The position numbers were made by a program, and so were the translations under genes. The notes beneath the pieces were generated by a model. That model was not told the DNA's origin. It worked only from the letters and a program-made list of their open reading frames with translations, and did not search any database. A DNA stretch of 64,000 bases from Rebecca billardiae RCC1528 (Eukaryota; Protista; Haptophyta), in the NCBI GenBank assembly GCA_965240325.2, contig OZ251241.1, positions 372,001 to 436,000 on the forward strand, written 5' to 3'. This document shows positions 36,003 through 49,234 of the stretch, one piece after another. How positions within the stretch are numbered: position 1 is the first letter of the stretch; the number at the start of each line of letters is the position of its first letter.

Positions 36003-36289
36003 GGCGGCGAGAGACGCGCGCCGCTCTGGCCGCCCACCCGCCGCCGCCGCCTGCCCACGAGCGTGCGCGCGGCGCCCACCCGGAGGAAGTGCGCGCGCGC
36101 CACGCAAGGGAGGCGCGGGTGCCCCCGGAGCGGTGGCCTTCGAGTTGAGGAAAAGGAACCGAGCCGCGCTGCGAGCAATAAGGTCCGAATTTGGTTATCG
36201 AGATATTATCCGCTTGACTTGCAACGCCATAACAATCTCGGCGCGATCTTCGCCTTCTACTAAAGTTTATGATAAAGCTATCTATCTGA

Positions 36290-36851
36290 AGGCAGATCCA
36301 GTGTTCGTCGACCTCAGGTGTGCGCGCGCGCGCGTGGCGACGACGCGGCGCCTGCCGCGGCGGGCTCGGGCGCGCGCGCGGCGGCGGGCGGGCGGCGCGG
36401 CCGCGGGGCGCTGTGGCAGCGGCGCGTGCGGCGCGCTCGCGCGTGCTCGGGCGGGCACGCATCGCGCGCGCGCGCTCGACACCCACTCACGCCCGCGTTG
36501 CGCGCCCGCCCCTCCAACCGCGCCTCCAGCAAAAGCGAGATCGGCCCCGCTGGCGCCACTGCCATCGCGGACGCCGTGCGCCACAGCCGCTCCCTGCGGA
36601 CGCTTGGCCTCAAGTACGTGTGCACGCGCGCGGGGGCGGGCGCTGGGGTGGCGCGGAGGGGCGGGGGTGGGTGAGCGGGTGCCAGCTGGGGCATGTGCTG
36701 TTGACGCACGTCGAGCGCTGCGCGCCGCGCGCGCGCGCGCCGCGCGCCCTCGCGCGGTGATGTCCGAGCGTGCGCCGCGCGCGCGGCCCGTCGGCGGGCT
36801 CGGGCGCGCGCGCGGCGGCGGGCGGGCGGCGCGGCCGCGGGGCGCCGTGGC
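36290..36851 (+). CDS. Fragment of a ribonuclease-inhibitor-type (NLRC3-like) LRR gene; 84-nt exon at 36530-36613
   Basis: Exon encodes KSEIGPAGATAIADAVRHSRSLRTLGL, one 28-aa RI-type LRR, between phase-2 GT-AG introns that share a ~50-bp repeat. Confidence 0.65.
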
Positions 36852-36951
36852 NNNNNNNNNNNNNNNNNNNNNNNNNNNNNNNNNNNNNNNNNNNNNNNNN
36901 NNNNNNNNNNNNNNNNNNNNNNNNNNNNNNNNNNNNNNNNNNNNNNNNNNN
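36852..36951. other. Assembly gap (100 N)
   Basis: Run of N. Confidence 1.
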
Positions 36952-37448
36952 GCGGACAGCTCCATCTCCGTCGTCTGCGGCACGAGCGCTGAGTCGTGGG
37001 GACGTGGTCCGCCGAGCATGGCGGGCACGCAGGTGATGGTCTTGGGGCTTCGTGGGGCGGGTGCCCCCTCGGACGCCACTGCGGCCGATGTCGCCCCGTC
37101 ACGCTCGCTGCGCAGCGCGTGCTCTGCTGCTGGCTGCGAGGTGCGCACCGGCTCCTTCTTGGCGGACTTGGGCTTGCGCACGCGCTGACGGCGGTTCTGG
37201 AACCAGATCTGGATCTGGCGCTGGCTCACGTCGAACTCGCTCGCGAGCCGCGCCCTCTCCGCCGCCTTAGGGTATGGATTGGTCGCAAACGAGCGCTCGA
37301 GCGCCCGCCGAGTGACGTATGACACGTTCCAGCGGCTGGGCTCGTAGGTGGGCTCGTCGATGCCCATGTCGGTAGGACCGTCACGCGCCGTCATCGCCTC
37401 GCCACCCCCTCCCCCGTCGGCGGCCGACGGCGTCCCCGGGGAGCTCAT
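36952..37448 (-). CDS. Homeobox gene, duplicate copy truncated by the gap
   Basis: Matches 22492-22988. Confidence 0.85.
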
Positions 37449-39748
37449 GCCCCTCCTTACGTCGAAGAGGTCTGATGGGGATGATCCAGTCTCCTGCGAT
37501 CGAGAAGAGCGGGCCGAGAAGGGGAACCTTTTCAATCGCCACGGAGCCCCGCGCGCGCCGGGGGGGCAGCTCAATGTGGGTGCAGTCACGCAGATTCCAC
37601 GTGTTTGGGCGAGTCGTAGGCACGCAATCGACAATCGTCAATCGTGATGAAGTGATCGAACAGAATGATGGGATGAATGATTAAAGAATCGGATGGATTG
37701 GACATTATTCGCTTTCGGGGCTGGCCAGGGTAGGGCTGGCTGGAGGCTTCGGCCGCCAGTCTGATCACCCGGAGCCCGTTATAAAGGGGAATTTAAAAGG
37801 TACTTCAGGCCTTTAGCCCGTATCCACCCGTACCTGTTAGGAATAGTAAACTGTACTACCCAGGCGAACCGAAAAAATGATGACGAAGATCGAAGGGTTT
37901 CGGCTAGTTCAAATAATTCACCCATTTGACGAGAAAACATCAGGCTCTTGTGCGGTTGGTTGTGTGAGCGACATATTGTCTATCAGGCTCTCCCGATCAG
38001 GGGTTCAGGGTTCTCAACACGATTTTAATTGAGGAGGGTATTGAGAAAGATGGCGATTGTTGATGAATATTGAAATATTAATTTGGCCCAACAGCTCATT
38101 GGCTCGCGAAGTTGGAGGCAAGATGGTTTTGAACCGGGGGTTGAACCCCGGTTCTATTGATGAACACCAATCATCAAATATGCAGTGTTCATGCATGAAG
38201 GGTTGGAAAGGGGTTGCCGGTACTTTTTGCGTTTTTTCAATTTTGGCCGGACAATCATGTGACACGTATGGATACATATGACTATCTAGTACTAATTCTA
38301 GTACTGGCGAGCGGCGACGTGTCAATTGAAATGTTCAAGCTGCAAACCCGCATTCATAAGATTATTCATCGCGCGGGATCCCACGGCGGTGGGAATCCAT
38401 GGACAGCATGCATTTTCGACCTCGTCGTGCGCGCTTCACAAGGCAGCGCGCCTGTGCGCGCCAGCCTCAGGCGCGAAGGAGGTGACGAGGGCGGGAAGGC
38501 GCGCAGCACAGAGTGGAGTACAGCACGCTTTTGCAGCCACGCGAATACCGCGCCGCCTGCTCTAGGCAACGTCACCGCCGCAGGTGACCTCCGACGCCGC
38601 TGCGGCGAGTGAGGTCGGAAGAGGCTATGAGGGCATCTTCGGCCAGCGCTTCGGGACGGGCGTGCTCGGCTGCGGCGTGCAACGGTAACACCCTCACACT
38701 CTAGTCAGCGCGGCGGTTAGTTTGCCACTGTGTACACTTGCCTCTGACGTTCAGTCGTCGCGTCATGGCTGGCATGCGCCGCAGCGCACGTAAGGCGCGA
38801 GGCTGACGTCGTGGCGGAGGCTAGTGCGAGTAGTAGGGGGCCGCGGCGGTCCGTAAGCCTCCCGCTGCCGACTACTGTATGCGTATCAAGACGATCATGT
38901 GGCTGCGCGGCCCGGACGCGGTGCCGGCCGGGAGTAAAAATAAGCCCGCATCCTGACGACCGCGTCTCACACCGCAGTCGCTCAAACGAACTTACGAAGT
39001 CTGCAGTAGAGTGCCAATAAGGGAGCTTGCATGATAGGTCATACGTCCGACCCGAATAAGTGCACTGCGCGATAATCCGGGGACTCGATGACTTGCCACA
39101 AAGCCGACTGACTGAGCCAGGTACTGAGTACTGACCGTGCCGCTGAGGCGGCGCGGCAGCAGTGCAGCACGGCTCGCGGAGCGCGCCCCGGCTGCGCCGG
39201 GCTCAGGCTGCGCGCACTGGTCGCCGCCCGGCGGTTCTGCCACGACGTCCAACCATGTGAACACATCTACGGTATCATTTTCACATTCATCAGACAGTGA
39301 CATAAGACACATCAGCGCATCAGATTACTCAGCCAGAAGACGAGAACCGGAGAACGGTGTAGCAGTTGTGCGGAGATCGAAGTCAAAGTCGTCATCAGTA
39401 GTGAGCAGCAGACTCATCAATACCGCAATACGGTGCCCGTCAGTGCCCGCTCAGCTTGACTCCGTGCCGCGCGGCGGCCCGGGGTCGTCCGAGTGGGTCA
39501 CACTATGATGAGTGCGGCGCGGTTCAGCGCGGTGTTAGTCACGGTTTGAGACCGGCGGGACTTGCTCCGTACTCGGACGATGAGTCACGATAGTCATCGT
39601 CGATCATATCACGCAGACATATCAGCGCAGGCAGCAGCCGGGACGAGCAGCGGAGCAGATACGGACGCGGCCCGCGGCGCCGCGGCCGGGCCCGAGCCCT
39701 GGACTCCGGAGCGGCGGCAGCCGCCCGGCGGGGCCTTATTATATTTAA

Positions 39749-40671
39749 CGACGTGGCAGCAACGAACAAGCGTCAGGCTCAGAGTGCAGCAGACACATAG
39801 AATGCGTCCGCGCCTTCCGTCCAGGTCAGGCAGTGCGCCACCCGCAGCCCTGCCCCCCTACGGGAGCGGGGCCGGGGTGGAGCACCGCCTCGGCCTGGGG
39901 CACGCGGCGGCGACGGCAGATGCCGCCGCGGCAGAGCGCCTTCCGGAGCACAAGTTTGGATGAGGGTGAGGTCGTAGTCGATGTAGCCGCCCGCCGACCT
40001 AGCGGCGAGTAGCTCCGGCAAGCGGCAGCCGCGGCTGTCGCCCCCGTGCGCCCGCGTGGGCGCCTGGATGAGGATGAGGTCGTAGTACGCGTCGCCGCCC
40101 GCCGGCCAAGCGGCGCGCAGCTGCAGAAGAGGGGCTTGGAGAGTGAGCGCGCCGCCTAGCGCGCTCTGGGCGATGAAGCAGATGAGGTTGTAGTCGATGT
40201 CGCAGCCCGGCCCGCCGGCGGGCTGCTGCAGATGCAGTGCTTGATGCTGGGGAACCTGGCCCCCGGGCGCGTCACACCCCGCAACCCCTGCCCCACCTAG
40301 GGTGGAGCGTGGGGCACGGAGCAGGCCAGCGCCAAGGGCCAGATGGGTGTGACAGCGGCGTCCACCTGCTGCATCGCCCCCCGAGGCGATGCAGCCGGCG
40401 GCCGGCTGGAGAAAGAGGGTGCCAGTGCCAGACTGATGATAAAAATTATTATATATATAAAGGTGATGGAGAAAGAGGGTGCCAGATGATGGAGAAAGAG
40501 GGTGCCAGTCCCTATCCCTTATTAGGCCGAGGCGGTGCTCCACCCCGGCCCCGCTCCCGTAGGGGGGCAGGGCTGCGGGTGGCGCACTGTCTGACCTGGA
40601 CGGAAGGCGCGGACGCATTCTATGTGTCTGTTGCACTCTGAGCCTGACGCTTGTCCGATGCTGCCACGCCG
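39749..40671. mobile_element. Duplicate of the family B inverted-end structure
   Basis: Matches 25289-26211. Confidence 0.7.
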
Positions 40672-42922
40672 TTATTAAATATATATCAGAAATAATAATC
40701 AGACTGATGATGATAAAATATTATATATATTATAAGTATTATCACGGATATAGTATATACAGGTATACTACTCGGCTAGGTAATTCATCACTTTAATCAC
40801 CGTAGCCAGAGTAGGAACTCGGTCCGCGCGGCCCGCCTCGTCGGCCAGGCTCCGAATGCCTGATGCGGTGCGAAGCTCAGTTTCGGCCCGGCTACTAGTA
40901 CGGTGGACGGCCACCGGGGGTATCATAGTCTCTGAAGTTTACGGTGCTCACGATTCGTATTCGAGTCACCGGCGGCCCGGAGGCCGGAAGGGCGCGGCGG
41001 CCGAAGCGCATACGGCTGAGACTCTGCGATAGCGACGACGACGGCGACGCCACGCGAGCCCGCAACCCTCGTCAGAGGGTACGGGCTCGTCACCACAGCA
41101 CAGTGAACACGCCCCAGCGGCGAAGCGGACAAACAAAATGGCGGACGCCCGCCTCGCGGGTAGCTCGCGTGAGGCTCGATGGCCGAGCCCACGGAGGGCC
41201 TGCGGCGACTGGGACATGTCAGCGGACAGCTAGACACGCATAGCGCCCTGTCAGAAGCGTCAGAGAGCTCTCATGCCAGCGCAGCTGCTCGCCCTGCCCG
41301 TCCTCGAGCTCGGCGCCGAACGGCACCGAGACTGGCTGATCCGGAGCTGTCAACACCGCGTGTGCGCGCGCGGATCGCTGGAGGAAGCGAAGACAGGGTC
41401 CAGCTCGCTAGGTGAGGTGTGGAGAGTATATGCCCTGGCAGAGTCACCGCGACTCGAATGAGCCTCGAATCGCCCGTGCCGCCTCCTCGCGCGCTGCTCG
41501 AGCACGATGCGTTTGCTGCCGCAGCTGCACCCTGCGCACTCCCGCGGAAAGACATCGCGCGCGCTTGCCCACGAAGCTGAAGCAGGCCGGCAGCTGCTCG
41601 CGGAAGAAGAGCGCACACGAGCTGCCAAGCTGGCGCCCAGCTGCCGCGACCGCGGCACGTCAGCTCGACGAGCCAGCGCACTGCCGCGACCGCATCGCCT
41701 CCTTTGAGCTGCAAGCTGATGAGCAGTGATCTGCGCGACGGCGCGCGAAGCGCGTGGGCAGTGGGTCGACGCAGAGAGGGTGACGTGAGCGATGTGAATC
41801 GTGGAATGCGAGGCCTTCGCACTCGCCCGGCACCCCAAAGCGCACCCGACTGGGCATGGTTGTGCCTCGCTGAGCTGCTCGCATTCGTCACGGTCATCCG
41901 ACTGATGCACACGGCTGTGATGTGCGCCTGAACGAGATGCAACCATCGGCAGAACCGCGACCTCGGCAGGTCGTCGAGTGCGCAAGTGCGCAACGAGGTC
42001 GTGAAGGTAGTCAAGCTCGCTCAGGTCGCCCTGAGTCAGCGCAAACGAGCTGTTCTGCGCGCGTGCGCAGACGGGGCCGCGCAGACGGCATCATTGCATG
42101 AGCACAAAACTGGGTGGGAATCATGCAGCCCTAGCGTGGGAAGCAGAGGCGCTGGCGGTCGGGGAGGTGGGCGCTCGAAAGCACGCCCGAAGTGTGCAGG
42201 CACACGCACCGTCAGCCATGGTCGGCACCATTCGCCTGGTGTACTGGCCGTCGCTGTCCAGAGCTCTCGCAGCAGTCCATCACCTGCGTCCGATCCATAA
42301 ACATCGTAGATGTGAAGGCATGAACCGCCAGGTCGGACAAGAAGCACGCACTCGATGGACATCTGGACACCAGGCGCGTCACAAACAACGCTCAAGTCCG
42401 CCTTGATTGCTTGAGGATGTGACCCGACGGGCATGCGCTCGATGTGCCGCTCGAGCCCACAAAAGTGCAGCTCTTTTGAGGTGGAGGATATATTGGGGGC
42501 GAGACATTTCCAGCCGTCCCGAAGAGGCATGCGGGCAAGTCTTGGCACCCAATCACCCACTCAGATAGCCACCCAGGCCCGCCATCCATCGGGACGGGTG
42601 GGAGCAAGCATCACATGTCGGTCGCGTGCTGCTGCGAGCTCGAACACGCCTGCTTCGGACGCGGGCTCTTCTCGTGGCAGAGTCGTGGCGCGACACCCGA
42701 GCTAGTGTCCCATATAATGGCCAGCTATACGGTCCGCCCAGTACGGGATAGGCCCACGGATGATCGCGCCCGTGGGCCCGGCTAGAGCGGCCGAGCGACG
42801 GCGGAAGGCCTCGGGCGGAAGACTGAGATCCCGCCATCGCCCTGCCAAATCGGCCGGTTCCCAAGCAGTTTTGTTTGTCCGCTCCGCCGCTGGGGCGTGT
42901 TTACTGTGAGCCGCACAGCCCG

Positions 42923-43765
42923 TCACCACAGACGGCGTGCCTCAGTGAGCAGCTCGCGCAGGTCCGTCGTCGGTGGGCCCGCCGGGTCGGACGCAAGATC
43001 AAAGCGCAGGTTGCTCGGGGCTCGCGCGTCGAGGGCTGCGACGACGAGCGCGGCGACATCGGCGCGAGGCACGGTCATCAGGGCACGATTGCGCGCGAGC
43101 TCATCGTTACGCCCGACGAGAAGCCGGCGCCGGCCGCCAGGCTCGTCCAGCAGCCCGGCGGGCTTGACGATCGTGAAGTTGAGCGCGGACGCCGATGACA
43201 GCAGGCTCAGCTCGCCCTGTGCCTTGTAGAAGAGCGCGTAGCCACCACCGAGCTTGTCCAGCGGCGAATCGGGCTGGGTGGTGCCCATCGACGACACCAG
43301 CACGACCCTCTGCGCGCCCGCCCGCCGTGCCGCCGCCACCTGGTTGTCCTGCCCGAGCCAGTCCACCTCGCGCGGCGAGCCGCCCGGCGGGTACGTCCAC
43401 GAGCCGTTAGCCAGCTTGTACGGCATGGACGAGGTGAGGATCACCGCGGAGGCCACGCCGGCGAACGGTGCCTCGAGGTCGTCAGCATGCGTCACGTCGC
43501 CGACGAACACGCCGTCAGCCTCGTCGCATTCCGTGCAGTCCAGCACCTTGCGGGCCTTGGCGCGGTGCCGGACGAGCGCGCGCACGCCATGCGGCCCGCG
43601 CGCGTTACGGAGCGCGTTGTACACGAGGGAGCCTGTGCGGCCCGTCGCGCCGGTGACGAGTACCACGCCATCCGCGGCGACGGATCCCGTGCGGCCCGCC
43701 GCGCCGGTGGCGAGTTGGTCCGCGGCAACGGCGGCGGCGACGGCCGCGATGGCGACGAGCATCAT
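42923..43765 (-). CDS. Atypical SDR, duplicate copy (TGSLV instead of TGSHV)
   Basis: Same as 28463-29305, with one SNP at 43626. Confidence 0.88.
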   Translation of the reverse strand: MMLVAIAAVAAAVAADQLATGAAGRTGSVAADGVVLVTGATGRTGSLVYNALRNARGPHGVRALVRHRAKARKVLDCTECDEADGVFVGDVTHADDLEAPFAGVASAVILTSSMPYKLANGSWTYPPGGSPREVDWLGQDNQVAAARRAGAQRVVLVSSMGTTQPDSPLDKLGGGYALFYKAQGELSLLSSASALNFTIVKPAGLLDEPGGRRRLLVGRNDELARNRALMTVPRADVAALVVAALDARAPSNLRFDLASDPAGPPTTDLRELLTEARRLW

Positions 43766-43902
43766 CACGCCACCGGACCACTGCTCTCGAGGCGGACTCG
43801 AGCAGGCGTCCGGACCCGTTCGGCGCAGTGCTTGCGCGGCTCTCTGCGGCCCTCGTCGCGCGAGGGCGGCGCGGCTCCTCGCCTGGCGACCCGCGCCTCA
43901 CG

Positions 43903-46900
43903 ATGGTGAGGCTGGGCTGGGACGACGACGACGAGGAGGAGGAGGAGGGGGAGGAGGAGGAGGAGGATGACGCCGATGGCTTCGTCGAGGTGAGTGCGCG
44001 CGAGATCGCGGGCGAGCAGGCCGACGACGCGGACGAGGAGGACGACGCCATGGGCCTCGCCCGCGACGAGGAGGACGACCACGCCATGCCGCCGCTGCTG
44101 CTCGAGGCTTCCGCGGCGGAGGATGCGGAGATGGGGGAGACGACGGGCGCGGAAGTTGACGGGGGCTCGCTCGCCATGACACCCGCCGTGTCGCGTGACG
44201 TCGAGGTGATGCGCTCGGCGCTCCGCCTCCGCTCCGCGTCGGCGCAGCCGGCTTATGACGACGCGCTGCTCGCCTCGCTCGGCGCGCCACCGCCGGCGCC
44301 ACCGAGCGAGCGGCGGACGCCGCGCGGGCCCGCCGGCATGCTCGAGATGGCGCCGCGTGCCGAAACCCTCGTCTTCGCCGCCGCCCGCCGCGACGCCTTT
44401 GCCGAGCCGCTCGTGCCCACGCGCGGCGGCGGCGGCGCCGACGGCTCGGAGCAGACCTCCTTCTGCGCGTGGCTGCTGCAGGGCGCCGCGTCGGGCGCGC
44501 GCGGCTCGGCGGACGCGCTGCGCGTCCTCGCGCACGCGCACCCGCTGTCGTGGGGGCCCGACGGCCAGCTGCTCACCGCCGCCCTGCACCCGGCCGGCCC
44601 GCGCCGCGGCCGCCCCGAGGTTCGCGTGCACTGGCCGGCCGGGTGGCGCACCGCGGACGGCGGCGCGCTTCTCGAGGCGGTCGGCGGAGCGGGGGTCGGC
44701 GAGGCGCGCGCGGCGATGGCCGAGGGCGCGAACACGGACGCTGCCGACGCCGGCTCGACCGCGCTCGTGCCCGCCGCCCCCGCCGTGGCCGGCCTCGGCC
44801 GGCGGCGCGCGCGCTCGGCCGCGGCGATGCTCGAAGCGCACCGCGTGCACGTGGCTTGCGCGCGCGCTCCCTCGGACGGGGCGGAGGCAGCGGGGGCGCG
44901 CGCGGCGCGCGTGAGCGCGCTGTGCGACGCGTTCGGCGCCGCCGAGGCGCTCGGCGCGCCGCCCGCGCGCGCCGCCGACGCGCGCACGCCCAGTGCCGCC
45001 GAGCGCGCCTGGCAGCTCGTCAGCGCCGTCTGGGGCGTGGGTGGCTGCCACTGCGTCCCGTCCGAGGAGGCGGTGGCGCGCTGGCTGCGCGCGCTCGCGG
45101 CCGACACGGCGCGCGAGGCGATCGCGCGCGCCGAGGCGGAGGCCGTGGCGGCGCGCGGCCCCGACGCGTGCGCCGACCCGCTGCTCGTCGCCTTCCACCA
45201 CCTCAGCTGCCTCGACGTCGCCGCCGCCGTCCGAGCGGCGCGCAACGGCGGGTACGCGCGCGTGGCGTCTCTGCTCGCGCTCGCTGGCAGCGGCTCGGTC
45301 GCGGCGGCGGCGGCGGCGGCGCAGCGGCAGCTGTGGGCGTCCGTCGGCGCGCGGCCGCGCTTCGTGCCCGACGGCGTGTCGCGGCTGCTCGCGCTGCTCG
45401 CCGGCGACGTGCGCGGCGCGGACGCGCGCGCGCACGAGCTGAGCTGGCCGCAGGCGCTGGGGGTGTGCTGGTGGTTCGAGACGGCCGCGCCGCACGGCGG
45501 CGGCGACGGCGGCGGCGACGGCGGCGGCGGCGGCGCGCTCGTCTCGGCCGACTGCGTGCCCAATCGCTCGCTCGCGCACGCGCTGCGTCGGTACGACGAG
45601 GGCGTGCACGAGGGTGTGCTGCAGCCGCCACGCCCTCGGCACACGCGCGGCGGCGGCGGCGGCGGCGGCGGCGGCTTTGGCAACGCAGAGGCCGCGCGGG
45701 CGGACGACCTTCTGTTCGGGCTGCTGCGGCTGGCGGTGGAGCCGCTGCAGCCGCTGCCCGCCGTGCTCTCGCCGTACGGCCTCTCGGCGCACCCGTGCCG
45801 CGCGCTCACGCCGTGGTGCCTGCACGAGGTGCTCACGCGCGTGGTCGGACTGCGCCCGCTCGACGCCGCGACGGCCGCGGCACTGCGCGGCGCGTGCGCT
45901 GCCGAGCTGCTCGCGAGCTCAGAGTGGCCGGCGGCGGTGTACGTTGCCGCGCAGCGGCGCGCGGCGTCGGCCGCGGCGTCGGCCGAGGGCGCGGAGGGCG
46001 CGAGCGCCGAGCTCGACGCGCGGCAGCGCGCGGCCGCGCTGCGCATCCTCGCCAGCCACGCGCGCCCGCCGCCCACCGCGCCCGCCTCCGCCGACGCGGC
46101 CGACGCGGCCGGCGCTCCGTCGGGCGCGCCTTACTCGTGGCTGCCCTGGGCGCTGGACGAGGCGAGCGCGGCGCGCACGCTGTCGTCGTCGGAGGCGCGG
46201 CTGCTCGAGATGTTCGACGAGCTGCCCGCCGGCGCGGCCGTGCTCAGCCGTGCGCAAGTGTGCGCCGCCGTGCACGCCGCGAAGGCGTGCGCGGCGGGCG
46301 CGCGCGCCGGCTCGCGCGCCGAGCTGCCCGACATTGAGGCCGACGCGGACGAGTCGCGCGCGCGCGTGCGCACGCACTGCTACCACCTGCTCGCGGCGCG
46401 GCGGTGGGCTGCGGCGCACGCGCTCGTGTGCGCGCAGCTCGCGCCGCGCGCACTCGTCGAGTACGCCGAGGGCTCGGCGGCGCGCGCCGAGCTGCGCGCA
46501 CTCCTTGCCGCCCTCGCCGAGCACAGCGCCGAGGTGCGGCCGCCGCGAGGCAGGGGCGCGCGGCCCGGCCGCCTGGGCCCGGCCGCGTGCGCGCGGCCCG
46601 CCCGGCCGCGGCGCACCGCGCGGCCTGCGCGCCGGGCGCACTCACGCGCGCCGCCCGCTCCCCGCCGCGCGCCCGCCGCCTCGCCCGCGCGCCCGCTCAG
46701 GTGGGGCCCGGCTGGAGCGGCGCCGGGCTGGTGTACGCGCGCGCCCTCCAACTGCTTGCGGACGTGACACCCGCGCCGCCGCCCATGGGTGCGGATCCGG
46801 CGGCCGACGCGGCCGCGCTGCGGCTGTCGGCGCAGCACGAGGCGTCGGCGCTCGAGCTGCTGCGCGCGCTCGGCGGGTGGAGCGCGCAGCCGCAGCCGCT

Positions 46901-47339
46901 CATCCAGAGCGCGGGGCCCTGCCCCCTGCCCTCACTCGGAGGCCACGCCGGCCTGGGCGGACACGCGCCTTGGTTTGGCCTCGGCCCGTGTCACGAGGTG
47001 CGCTGCGCTCGCGCGGCCCGCCCGGCGGCGCGCGCAGCAAACGCCGCGCCGCCCCGTCGACGGCCGACTGACCGCGCGCGGCGCCGGTGCGCGTCGCCCT
47101 GCGGCGCGCAGGTCGTGCGCGCCAAGCTGTGCGACGCCTTCCTCGTCGCGCGCGAGCGCTCGCTGGGCGCCGAGGGCTTGGACGGCGCCGAGGCGGAGCA
47201 CGAGCGCGCGGGCCGCTCTCTCTACCTCACAGAGGCGCTGGCGCGCGCGCGGCTGCCGTCGGACACGCGGCAGCAGGTGGGCTGGCTCGCGCTCGACGAG
47301 TTCCTCGGCCGCGGCTGGCCGCCCTCGGCGAGCGCCTGA
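43903..47339 (+). CDS. NUP96: Nup96-like protein, duplicate copy
   Basis: Same as 29443-32879 with a few SNPs (AEAEHER versus AESEHKR). Confidence 0.72.
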
Positions 47340-48245
47340 GCGCGCGGCGGGGCGCGCTGCCCTTATCGAGCGCGTCGCCAGAGGGCCGCTGCCCGCGCCA
47401 AGCAGCTCCGTGCGATCATCAACTCAAGTCGACCCCACTCAGTCAAGTCGCCGGGCCGCCGCCGGGCGCCCCGTGTAACCCCGGCGGTCGGCCCTCACCG
47501 TCACGGAGCGGCCGCGCGGAGAGAGCGGCTCTACTTCGCTGTGCTGCCCCGCACTCGTGACTGACGCGCCGCGGTCCGCGTCCCGGCGTCAGTCCGCGCC
47601 GGCGCGGCTGGCTCAGGACTCGCTCAGGACCAGCCGGGACCGGCTGCGACAGGTGTCGTCAGGTCATCAGCCGACTGGCCGCCGTCTCAGTCTGACTAAT
47701 ACGTTCTGAGTAGTGGCTCAGATAATCAGACAGTGGCACGCTGGCTCCGCGCGGGTACTCTCCGCGGAGCCCACGGCGGAGTTATAGTGCCCGAACTCTC
47801 GGTCTCGGACAGTCGGTGGCACCGAACCCGCAGAACTCAGCGCGGCCGCGGGCTCTCCTTGCCAGCTACTGAGCTAGGCCCAGGCTGCCTGGTCCGACGA
47901 TGATGATCGGGATCGAGCATGGTCGGGTCCGTGGCCTCCGAGACCGGCGCCGAGGGCGGACAATGTCGATCGGTCGGATCCGAACCGGATGACTACTGAG
48001 TCTGAGAGGCCAGCGCGGCCCGAACTGCGTTAACTTTAAGTTCTCACTCAGTCAGGCTCAGCGCCGGCTCAGCGGATATAATTGCCGCGGATCAGACGGC
48101 GAGTCAGGTGCAGCACTCCCTCGCCGGGATTGAAGCTGCCGCGGTGGCCGCGCGGCCGCGGCCCGGCGGCCGGCCCGCTCCCAGACAGCGGATCGAGGCC
48201 TCGGTCCGACGGTCCTGCGCGGTCCCGCGTCAGCAGGCGGGCCGG

Positions 48246-48605
48246 GAGGCGGCCCGGCTGACAGTCGGACGCCCCGGCGCGGTCTCGCCTTACAGATTAG
48301 GCGCTGTGATCTCGAGCCGACAGTGATCCGCGTGCTGCTGTATCTCTCGCCTCACAGTCGCCTAAGCCGACGGTCCTGACTACAGAGCTCGGAGCAGCGG
48401 CGTGCATTTCCCAGCTCTGCTTGTCGAGGCGGCCCGGCTGACAGTCGGACGCCCCGGCGCGGTCTCGCCTTACAGATTAGGCGCTGTGATCTCGAGCCGA
48501 CAGTGATCCGCGTGCTGCTGTATCTCTCGCCTCACAGTCGCCTAAGCCGACGGTCCTGACTACAGAGCTCGGAGCAGCGGCGTGCATTTCCCAGCTCTGC
48601 TTGTC
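48246..48605. repeat. Perfect 180-bp tandem duplication present only in copy 2
   Basis: 48246-48425 equals 48426-48605. Confidence 0.95.
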
Positions 48606-48772
48606 GCCGTCGGCTGCAGCCGTGCGCGGTGCCACCGGGAGAGGCGGTGCGGTGCGCAGCACCTTGGTGAGCACTGAGCAGCACATCCACGAAGGCGGGC
48701 GTATGGTATTACGCGGGTGCACTTTGGCATAATGTTCATATACCGCTTTTTCAGCCCCTGCTCACACGCTTT

Positions 48773-48844
48773 GGGGCCGTAGCTCATCGGCAGAGCGCCC
48801 GCTCAGCATGCGGGAGGTACGGAGTTCGACACCCCGCGGCTCCA
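48773..48844 (+). tRNA. tRNA-Ala(AGC), duplicate copy
   Basis: Identical to 34140-34211. Confidence 0.85.
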
Positions 48845-49234
48845 TACACGAGATGTGTTTTTGCTTCTGGACGACACTCTACGCGCTTTTTTGCGGGCGG
48901 CTATTTTGCGCCTCGCTTATTTATTGGGCTCGGTGCAGTCGCACTGAGTACCATTAGTACTAGTAGCTAGTGGGTAGTGGCAACATTGATGATCGCTCGA
49001 ACGCTCGCGTCTCCCCGGTCTCCGTCGCAGCAGTCGTCCATCTGCGCCAGCGACGATCGGGCGCCAGCGTCGAGAGCCGCCGTGACGCAGAGCGGACCGG
49101 GTCAACGCCGGTCCGCGGGCACCGGTGACCGGGAACTCAAGAAGTAGAAGGCCCGCGCCGCGGCGTGACTACTTGCGCTCCGCTCCAATGAACGGACCGT
49201 TACCTCCCAGCGCCAGCGCGGCGGCAACATCGCC

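Larger units (their letters stand above)
22492..36289. repeat. Copy 1 of a ~13.8-kb near-identical direct duplication
   Basis: Matches 36952-50921, with offset 14460 for most of its length. Confidence 0.97.

Noticed and set aside
36282-37634. Apparent homeobox ORF continuing through the N run into other sequence
   Set aside because: Artefact of translating across the assembly gap.
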